Source of the DNA: the human T2T-CHM13v2.0 reference genome, Homo sapiens
Strand: one strand, 5' to 3'
Assembly: GCF_009914755.1 (NCBI RefSeq)
Contig: NC_060937.1
Length of the DNA stretch: 64,000 nucleotides
Below, in pieces: positions 1 to 10,200 of this stretch. A program made the position numbers and the translations under genes. The notes beneath the pieces are model-generated. The model saw only the letters and a program-made list of their open reading frames with translations. It was not told where the DNA came from and made no database searches. How positions within the stretch are numbered: the first letter of the stretch is position 1; each line of letters begins with the position of its first letter.

Positions 1-46
1 AACAAGTTTCTGAGAATGCTTCTGTCTATTTTTTATGGGAAGATAT

Positions 47-63
47 TTCCTTTTTCACCGTAG
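47..63 (+). promoter_or_regulatory. pJalpha-type box of an A-type monomer (representative)
   Basis: TTCCTTTTTCACCGTAG matches the pJalpha consensus TTCCTTTTYCACCRTAG and occupies the position equivalent to the CENP-B box in alternate monomers. Confidence 0.7.
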
Positions 64-213
64 GCGTCAAGGCGATCGAAATGTCCACTTCCACAAACTA
101 CAAAAAGAGTGTTTCAAACCTGCTCTATGAAAGGCCATGTTCATCTCTATGAGTCGAATGGAAATATCCGAAAGAAATTTCTGGGAATGCTGCTGTCTAG
201 TTTTTATACGAAT

Positions 214-230
214 TCCCGCTTCCAACGAAA
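214..230 (-). promoter_or_regulatory. CENP-B box (representative; unit offset 214)
   Basis: Reverse complement TTTCGTTGGAAGCGGGA matches NTTCGNNNNANNCGGGN; overlaps the EcoRI site at 210-215. Confidence 0.95.
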
Positions 231-554
231 TCCTCAAAGCAATCCAAATATCCACTTGCAGAATCCACAAAAAGAGTGTTTCAAAACTGCTCTATCAATA
301 GAAAGGTTCAACTCTTTTAGTTGAGTACACACATCACAAACAAGTTTCTGAGAATGCTTCTGTCTGGCTTTTATTGGAAGACGTTTCCTTTTCACCAAAG
401 GCATCAAAGCGCTCCAAATGTCCACTTCCAGATTCTTCCAAAAGAGTGTTTGAAACGTGCTCAAAGTAAGGGAATGTTCAACTCTGTGACTTGAATGCAG
501 ATATCACCAAGTAGTTTCTAATAGTGCTTCTGTCTAGATTTTAGATGATGATAT

Positions 555-571
555 TCCCGTTTCCAACGAAA
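555..571 (-). promoter_or_regulatory. CENP-B box (representative; unit offset 555)
   Basis: Reverse complement TTTCGTTGGAAACGGGA; all 9 core positions intact. Confidence 0.95.
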
Positions 572-725
572 TCGTTAGAGCTATCCAAATATCCACTTAC
601 AGTTGCTACAAAAACAGTGTTTCCAAACTGCTGCATCAAAAGAAAGGTTCAACTCTGTTAGTTGAGGACACACGTCACAAAGAAGTTTGTGAGAATGCTT
701 CTGTCTAGATTTTGTATGACGATAT

Positions 726-742
726 TCCCTTTTCCAACGATA
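726..742 (-). other. Degenerate CENP-B box, presumably non-binding (representative)
   Basis: Reverse complement TATCGTTGGAAAAGGGA: two core positions changed (TTCG>ATCG, CGGG>AGGG); 171 bp from the intact box at 555, so two B-type monomers are adjacent. Confidence 0.85.
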
Positions 743-1063
743 TCGTTAAAGCAATCTAAATATCCATTTGCAGAATCCACAAAAATAGAGTTTCAAAGCT
801 GCTCTGTAAAAAGAAAGGTTCCACTCTGTTAGCTGAGTACACACATCACAAACTTGTTTCTCAGAATCCTTCTGTCTCGTTTTTCTGGGAAGATATTTAC
901 TTTTTCACCGTAGGCATCAAAGCGCTCCAAATGTCCACATCCAGATACTCCAGAAAGAGTGTTTCAAACCTGCTCTATGAAAGGGAATCTTCAACTCTAT
1001 GAGTTGAATGCAGACATCAGAAAGAAATTTCTGAGAATGCTGCTGTCTACCTTTTATTTGAAT

Positions 1064-1080
1064 TCCCGCTTCCAACGAAA
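1064..1080 (-). promoter_or_regulatory. CENP-B box (representative; unit offset 1064)
   Basis: Reverse complement TTTCGTTGGAAGCGGGA; overlaps the EcoRI site at 1060-1065. Confidence 0.95.
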
Positions 1081-4000
1081 TCCTCCAAGCTATCCAAATA
1101 TCCACTTGCAGATTCCACAAAAAGAGTGTTTCAAAACTGCTCTCTATCAATGGCAAAGTTCAACTCTGTTAGTTGAGGACACATATCACCAACAAGTTTC
1201 TGAGAATGCTTCTGTCTATTTTTTATGGGAAGATATTTCCTTTTTCACCGTAGGCGTCAAGGCGATCGAAATGTCCACTTCCACAAACTACAAAAAGAGT
1301 GTTTCAAACCTGCTCTATGAAAGGCCATGTTCATCTCTATGAGTCGAATGGAAATATCCGAAAGAAATTTCTGGGAATGCTGCTGTCTAGTTTTTATACG
1401 AATTCCCGCTTCCAACGAAATCCTCAAAGCAATCCAAATATCCACTTGCAGAATCCACAAAAAGAGTGTTTCAAAACTGCTCTATCAATAGAAAGGTTCA
1501 ACTCTTTTAGTTGAGTACACACATCACAAACAAGTTTCTGAGAATGCTTCTGTCTGGCTTTTATTGGAAGACGTTTCCTTTTCACCAAAGGCATCAAAGC
1601 GCTCCAAATGTCCACTTCCAGATTCTTCCAAAAGAGTGTTTGAAACGTGCTCAAAGTAAGGGAATGTTCAACTCTGTGACTTGAATGCAGATATCACCAA
1701 GTAGTTTCTAATAGTGCTTCTGTCTAGATTTTAGATGATGATATTCCCGTTTCCAACGAAATCGTTAGAGCTATCCAAATATCCACTTACAGTTGCTACA
1801 AAAACAGTGTTTCCAAACTGCTGCATCAAAAGAAAGGTTCAACTCTGTTAGTTGAGGACACACGTCACAAAGAAGTTTGTGAGAATGCTTCTGTCTAGAT
1901 TTTGTATGACGATATTCCCTTTTCCAACGATATCGTTAAAGCAATCTAAATATCCATTTGCAGAATCCACAAAAATAGAGTTTCAAAGCTGCTCTGTAAA
2001 AAGAAAGGTTCCACTCTGTTAGCTGAGTACACACATCACAAACTTGTTTCTCAGAATCCTTCTGTCTCGTTTTTCTGGGAAGATATTTACTTTTTCACCG
2101 TAGGCATCAAAGCGCTCCAAATGTCCACATCCAGATACTCCAGAAAGAGTGTTTCAAACCTGCTCTATGAAAGGGAATCTTCAACTCTATGAGTTGAATG
2201 CAGACATCAGAAAGAAATTTCTGAGAATGCTGCTGTCTACCTTTTATTTGAATTCCCGCTTCCAACGAAATCCTCCAAGCTATCCAAATATCCACTTGCA
2301 GATTCCACAAAAAGAGTGTTTCAAAACTGCTCTCTATCAATGGCAAAGTTCAACTCTGTTAGTTGAGGACACATATCACCAACAAGTTTCTGAGAATGCT
2401 TCTGTCTATTTTTTATGGGAAGATATTTCCTTTTTCACCGTAGGCGTCAAGGCGATCGAAATGTCCACTTCCACAAACTACAAAAAGAGTGTTTCAAACC
2501 TGCTCTATGAAAGGCCATGTTCATCTCTATGAGTCGAATGGAAATATCCGAAAGAAATTTCTGGGAATGCTGCTGTCTAGTTTTTATACGAATTCCCGCT
2601 TCCAACGAAATCCTCAAAGCAATCCAAATATCCACTTGCAGAATCCACAAAAAGAGTGTTTCAAAACTGCTCTATCAATAGAAAGGTTCAACTCTTTTAG
2701 TTGAGTACACACATCACAAACAAGTTTCTGAGAATGCTTCTGTCTGGCTTTTATTGGAAGACGTTTCCTTTTCACCAAAGGCATCAAAGCGCTCCAAATG
2801 TCCACTTCCAGATTCTTCCAAAAGAGTGTTTGAAACGTGCTCAAAGTAAGGGAATGTTCAACTCTGTGACTTGAATGCAGATATCACCAAGTAGTTTCTA
2901 ATAGTGCTTCTGTCTAGATTTTAGATGATGATATTCCCGTTTCCAACGAAATCGTTAGAGCTATCCAAATATCCACTTACAGTTGCTACAAAAACAGTGT
3001 TTCCAAACTGCTGCATCAAAAGAAAGGTTCAACTCTGTTAGTTGAGGACACACGTCACAAAGAAGTTTGTGAGAATGCTTCTGTCTAGATTTTGTATGAC
3101 GATATTCCCTTTTCCAACGATATCGTTAAAGCAATCTAAATATCCATTTGCAGAATCCACAAAAATAGAGTTTCAAAGCTGCTCTGTAAAAAGAAAGGTT
3201 CCACTCTGTTAGCTGAGTACACACATCACAAACTTGTTTCTCAGAATCCTTCTGTCTCGTTTTTCTGGGAAGATATTTACTTTTTCACCGTAGGCATCAA
3301 AGCGCTCCAAATGTCCACATCCAGATACTCCAGAAAGAGTGTTTCAAACCTGCTCTATGAAAGGGAATCTTCAACTCTATGAGTTGAATGCAGACATCAG
3401 AAAGAAATTTCTGAGAATGCTGCTGTCTACCTTTTATTTGAATTCCCGCTTCCAACGAAATCCTCCAAGCTATCCAAATATCCACTTGCAGATTCCACAA
3501 AAAGAGTGTTTCAAAACTGCTCTCTATCAATGGCAAAGTTCAACTCTGTTAGTTGAGGACACATATCACCAACAAGTTTCTGAGAATGCTTCTGTCTATT
3601 TTTTATGGGAAGATATTTCCTTTTTCACCGTAGGCGTCAAGGCGATCGAAATGTCCACTTCCACAAACTACAAAAAGAGTGTTTCAAACCTGCTCTATGA
3701 AAGGCCATGTTCATCTCTATGAGTCGAATGGAAATATCCGAAAGAAATTTCTGGGAATGCTGCTGTCTAGTTTTTATACGAATTCCCGCTTCCAACGAAA
3801 TCCTCAAAGCAATCCAAATATCCACTTGCAGAATCCACAAAAAGAGTGTTTCAAAACTGCTCTATCAATAGAAAGGTTCAACTCTTTTAGTTGAGTACAC
3901 ACATCACAAACAAGTTTCTGAGAATGCTTCTGTCTGGCTTTTATTGGAAGACGTTTCCTTTTCACCAAAGGCATCAAAGCGCTCCAAATGTCCACTTCCA

Positions 4001-7000
4001 GATTCTTCCAAAAGAGTGTTTGAAACGTGCTCAAAGTAAGGGAATGTTCAACTCTGTGACTTGAATGCAGATATCACCAAGTAGTTTCTAATAGTGCTTC
4101 TGTCTAGATTTTAGATGATGATATTCCCGTTTCCAACGAAATCGTTAGAGCTATCCAAATATCCACTTACAGTTGCTACAAAAACAGTGTTTCCAAACTG
4201 CTGCATCAAAAGAAAGGTTCAACTCTGTTAGTTGAGGACACACGTCACAAAGAAGTTTGTGAGAATGCTTCTGTCTAGATTTTGTATGACGATATTCCCT
4301 TTTCCAACGATATCATTAAAGCAATCTAAATATCCATTTGCAGAATCCACAAAAATAGAGTTTCAAAGCTGCTCTGTAAAAAGAAAGGTTCCACTCTGTT
4401 AGCTGAGTACACACATCACAAACTTGTTTCTCAGAATCCTTCTGTCTCGTTTTTCTGGGAAGATATTTACTTTTTCACCGTAGGCATCAAAGCGCTCCAA
4501 ATGTCCACATCCAGATACTCCAGAAAGAGTGTTTCAAACCTGCTCTATGAAAGGGAATCTTCAACTCTATGAGTTGAATGCAGACATCAGAAAGAAATTT
4601 CTGAGAATGCTGCTGTCTACCTTTTATTTGAATTCCCGCTTCCAACGAAATCCTCCAAGCTATCCAAATATCCACTTGCAGATTCCACAAAAAGAGTGTT
4701 TCAAAACTGCTCTCTATCAATGGCAAAGTTCAACTCTGTTAGTTGAGGACACATATCACCAACAAGTTTCTGAGAATGCTTCTGTCTATTTTTTATGGGA
4801 AGATATTTCCTTTTTCACCGTAGGCGTCAAGGCGATCGAAATGTCCACTTCCACAAACTACAAAAAGAGTGTTTCAAACCTGCTCTATGAAAGGCCATGT
4901 TCATCTCTATGAGTCGAATGGAAATATCCGAAAGAAATTTCTGGGAATGCTGCTGTCTAGTTTTTATACGAATTCCCGCTTCCAACGAAATCCTCAAAGC
5001 AATCCAAATATCCACTTGCAGAATCCACAAAAAGAGTGTTTCAAAACTGCTCTATCAATAGAAAGGTTCAACTCTTTTAGTTGAGTACACACATCACAAA
5101 CAAGTTTCTGAGAATGCTTCTGTCTGGCTTTTATTGGAAGACGTTTCCTTTTCACCAAAGGCATCAAAGCGCTCCAAATGTCCACTTCCAGATTCTTCCA
5201 AAAGAGTGTTTGAAACGTGCTCAAAGTAAGGGAATGTTCAACTCTGTGACTTGAATGCAGATATCACCAAGTAGTTTCTAATAGTGCTTCTGTCTAGATT
5301 TTAGATGATGATATTCCCGTTTCCAACGAAATCGTTAGAGCTATCCAAATATCCACTTACAGTTGCTACAAAAACAGTGTTTCCAAACTGCTGCATCAAA
5401 AGAAAGGTTCAACTCTGTTAGTTGAGGACACACGTCACAAAGAAGTTTGTGAGAATGCTTCTGTCTAGATTTTGTATGACGATATTCCCTTTTCCAACGA
5501 TATCGTTAAAGCAATCTAAATATCCATTTGCAGAATCCACAAAAATAGAGTTTCAAAGCTGCTCTGTAAAAAGAAAGGTTCCACTCTGTTAGCTGAGTAC
5601 ACACATCACAAACTTGTTTCTCAGAATCCTTCTGTCTCGTTTTTCTGGGAAGATATTTACTTTTTCACCGTAGGCATCAAAGCGCTCCAAATGTCCACAT
5701 CCAGATACTCCAGAAAGAGTGTTTCAAACCTGCTCTATGAAAGGGAATCTTCAACTCTATGAGTTGAATGCAGACATCAGAAAGAAATTTCTGAGAATGC
5801 TGCTGTCTACCTTTTATTTGAATTCCCGCTTCCAACGAAATCCTCCAAGCTATCCAAATATCCACTTGCAGATTCCACAAAAAGAGTGTTTCAAAACTGC
5901 TCTCTATCAATGGCAAAGTTCAACTCTGTTAGTTGAGGACACATATCACCAACAAGTTTCTGAGAATGCTTCTGTCTATTTTTTATGGGAAGATATTTCC
6001 TTTTTCACCGTAGGCGTCAAGGCGATCGAAATGTCCACTTCCACAAACTACAAAAAGAGTGTTTCAAACCTGCTCTATGAAAGGCCATGTTCATCTCTAT
6101 GAGTCGAATGGAAATATCCGAAAGAAATTTCTGGGAATGCTGCTGTCTAGTTTTTATACGAATTCCCGCTTCCAACGAAATCCTCAAAGCAATCCAAATA
6201 TCCACTTGCAGAATCCACAAAAAGAGTGTTTCAAAACTGCTCTATCAATAGAAAGGTTCAACTCTTTTAGTTGAGTACACACATCACAAACAAGTTTCTG
6301 AGAATGCTTCTGTCTGGCTTTTATTGGAAGACGTTTCCTTTTCACCAAAGGCATCAAAGCGCTCCAAATGTCCACTTCCAGATTCTTCCAAAAGAGTGTT
6401 TGAAACGTGCTCAAAGTAAGGGAATGTTCAACTCTGTGACTTGAATGCAGATATCACCAAGTAGTTTCTAATAGTGCTTCTGTCTAGATTTTAGATGATG
6501 ATATTCCCGTTTCCAACGAAATCGTTAGAGCTATCCAAATATCCACTTACAGTTGCTACAAAAACAGTGTTTCCAAACTGCTGCATCAAAAGAAAGGTTC
6601 AACTCTGTTAGTTGAGGACACACGTCACAAAGAAGTTTGTGAGAATGCTTCTGTCTAGATTTTGTATGACGATATTCCCTTTTCCAACGATATCGTTAAA
6701 GCAATCTAAATATCCATTTGCAGAATCCACAAAAATAGAGTTTCAAAGCTGCTCTGTAAAAAGAAAGGTTCCACTCTGTTAGCTGAGTACACACATCACA
6801 AACTTGTTTCTCAGAATCCTTCTGTCTCGTTTTTCTGGGAAGATATTTACTTTTTCACCGTAGGCATCAAAGCGCTCCAAATGTCCACATCCAGATACTC
6901 CAGAAAGAGTGTTTCAAACCTGCTCTATGAAAGGGAATCTTCAACTCTATGAGTTGAATGCAGACATCAGAAAGAAATTTCTGAGAATGCTGCTGTCTAC

Positions 7001-8330
7001 CTTTTATTTGAATTCCCGCTTCCAACGAAATCCTCCAAGCTATCCAAATATCCACTTGCAGATTCCACAAAAAGAGTGTTTCAAAACTGCTCTCTATCAA
7101 TGGCAAAGTTCAACTCTGTTAGTTGAGGACACATATCACCAACAAGTTTCTGAGAATGCTTCTGTCTATTTTTTATGGGAAGATATTTCCTTTTTCACCG
7201 TAGGCGTCAAGGCGATCGAAATGTCCACTTCCACAAACTACAAAAAGAGTGTTTCAAACCTGCTCTATGAAAGGCCATGTTCATCTCTATGAGTCGAATG
7301 GAAATATCCGAAAGAAATTTCTGGGAATGCTGCTGTCTAGTTTTTATACGAATTCCCGCTTCCAACGAAATCCTCAAAGCAATCCAAATATCCACTTGCA
7401 GAATCCACAAAAAGAGTGTTTCAAAACTGCTCTATCAATAGAAAGGTTCAACTCTTTTAGTTGAGTACACACATCACAAACAAGTTTCTGAGAATGCTTC
7501 TGTCTGGCTTTTATTGGAAGACGTTTCCTTTTCACCAAAGGCATCAAAGCGCTCCAAATGTCCACTTCCAGATTCTTCCAAAAGAGTGTTTGAAACGTGC
7601 TCAAAGTAAGGGAATGTTCAACTCTGTGACTTGAATGCAGATATCACCAAGTAGTTTCTAATAGTGCTTCTGTCTAGATTTTAGATGATGATATTCCCGT
7701 TTCCAACGAAATCGTTAGAGCTATCCAAATATCCACTTACAGTTGCTACAAAAACAGTGTTTCCAAACTGCTGCATCAAAAGAAAGGTTCAACTCTGTTA
7801 GTTGAGGACACACGTCACAAAGAAGTTTGTGAGAATGCTTCTGTCTAGATTTTGTATGACGATATTCCCTTTTCCAACGATATCGTTAAAGCAATCTAAA
7901 TATCCATTTGCAGAATCCACAAAAATAGAGTTTCAAAGCTGCTCTGTAAAAAGAAAGGTTCCACTCTGTTAGCTGAGTACACACATCACAAACTTGTTTC
8001 TCAGAATCCTTCTGTCTCGTTTTTCTGGGAAGATATTTACTTTTTCACCGTAGGCATCAAAGCGCTCCAAATGTCCACATCCAGATACTCCAGAAAGAGT
8101 GTTTCAAACCTGCTCTATGAAAGGGAATCTTCAACTCTATGAGTTGAATGCAGACATCAGAAAGAAATTTCTGAGAATGCTGCTGTCTACCTTTTATTTG
8201 AATTCCCGCTTCCAACGAAATCCTCCAAGCTATCCAAATATCCACTTGCAGATTCCACAAAAAGAGTGTTTCAAAACTGCTCTCTATCAATGGCAAAGTT
8301 CAACTCTGTTAGTTGAGGACACATATCACC

Positions 8331-10200
8331 AACAAGTTTCTGAGAATGCTTCTGTCTATTTTTTATGGGAAGATATTTCCTTTTTCACCGTAGGCGTCAA
8401 GGCGATCGAAATGTCCACTTCCACAAACTACAAAAAGAGTGTTTCAAACCTGCTCTATGAAAGGCCATGTTCATCTCTATGAGTCGAATGGAAATATCCG
8501 AAAGAAATTTCTGGGAATGCTGCTGTCTAGTTTTTATACGAATTCCCGCTTCCAACGAAATCCTCAAAGCAATCCAAATATCCACTTGCAGAATCCACAA
8601 AAAGAGTGTTTCAAAACTGCTCTATCAATAGAAAGGTTCAACTCTTTTAGTTGAGTACACACATCACAAACAAGTTTCTGAGAATGCTTCTGTCTGGCTT
8701 TTATTGGAAGACGTTTCCTTTTCACCAAAGGCATCAAAGCGCTCCAAATGTCCACTTCCAGATTCTTCCAAAAGAGTGTTTGAAACGTGCTCAAAGTAAG
8801 GGAATGTTCAACTCTGTGACTTGAATGCAGATATCACCAAGTAGTTTCTAATAGTGCTTCTGTCTAGATTTTAGATGATGATATTCCCGTTTCCAACGAA
8901 ATCGTTAGAGCTATCCAAATATCCACTTACAGTTGCTACAAAAAGAGTGTTTCCAAACTGCTGCATCAAAAGAAAGGTTCAACTCTGTTAGTTGAGGACA
9001 CACATCACAAAGAAGTTTGTGAGAATGCTTCTGTCTAGATTTTGTATGACCATATTCCCTTTTCCAGCGATATCATTAAAGCAATCTAAATATCCATTTG
9101 CAGAATCCACAAAAATAGAGTTTCAAAGCTGCTCTGTAAAAAGAAAGGTTCCACTCTGTTAGCTGAGTACACACATCACAAACTTGTTTCTGAGAATCCT
9201 TCTGTCTCGTTTTTATGGGAAGATATTTACTTTTTCACCGTAGGCATCAAAGCGCTCCAAATGTCCACATCCAGATACTCCAGAAAGAGTGTTTCAAACC
9301 TGCTCTATGAAAGGGAATCTTCAACTCTATGAGTTGAATGCAGACATCAGAAAGAAATTTCTGAGAATGCTGCTGTCTACCTTTTATTTGAATTCCCGCT
9401 TCCAACGAAATCCTCCAAGCTATCCAAATATCCACCTGCATTTTCCACAAAAAGAGCGTTTCAAAACTGCTCTATCAATAGAAATGTTCAACTCCTTTGG
9501 CTGGGTACACACATCACAAACAAGTTTCTGAGAATGCTTCTGTCTAGTTTTTATGGGAAGACATTCCCTTTTTCACCAAAGGCATCAAAGCGCTCCAAAT
9601 GTCCACTTCCAGACACTACAAAAAGAGTGTTTCCAACGTGCTCTAAGAAAGCGAATGTTCAACTCTGTGACTTGAATGCAGATATCACAAAGTAGTTTCT
9701 GAGAGGGCTTCTGTCTAGATTTTAGATGATGATATTCCCGTTTCCAACGAAATCATTAGAGCTATCCAAATATCCACTTACAGTTTCTACAAAAAGAGTG
9801 TTTCCAAACTGCTGCATCAAAAGAGAGGTTCCACTCTGTTAGCTGAGTACACACATCACAAACTTGTTTCTCAGAATCCTTCTGTCTCGTTTTTCTGGGA
9901 AGATATTTACTTTTTCACCGTAGGCATCAAAGCGCTCCAAATGTCCACATCCAGATACTCCAGAAAGAGTGTTTCAAACCTGCTCTATGAAAGGGAATCT
10001 TCAACTCTATGAGTTGAATGCAGACATCAGAAAGAAATTTCTGAGAATGCTGCTGTCTACCTTTTATTTGAATTCCCGCTTCCAACGAAATCCTCCAAGC
10101 TATCCAAATATCCACTTGCAGATTCCACAAAAAGAGTGTTTCAAAACTGCTCTCTATCAATGGCAAAGTTCAAATCTGTTAGTTGAGGACACATATCACC
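8331..10200 (-). repeat. 11-mer HOR (1870 bp = 7-mer + 680-bp tetramer)
   Basis: Tetramer-specific sequence tccacctgcattttccac at 9431 and gagagggcttctgtctag near 9701; period rises by 680 bp. Confidence 0.95.
9736..9752 (-). promoter_or_regulatory. CENP-B box specific to the 11-mer tetramer (representative)
   Basis: tcccgtttccaacgaaa; reverse complement TTTCGTTGGAAACGGGA. Confidence 0.93.

Larger units (their letters stand above)
1..8330 (-). repeat. Seven tandem 7-mer HORs (1190 bp)
   Basis: Units restart at 1, 1191, 2381, 3571, 4761, 5951, 7141; ORF track repeats every 1190 bp; only difference noticed is G>A at 4315. Confidence 0.95.

Noticed and set aside
72-79. Short palindromes (cgatcg, agcgct, aacgatatcgtt at 736-747) as cruciform or terminator elements
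   Set aside because: Too short to support a structural claim by eye; dyads are common in alphoid DNA and the 12-bp one is broken in 11-mer haplotypes.
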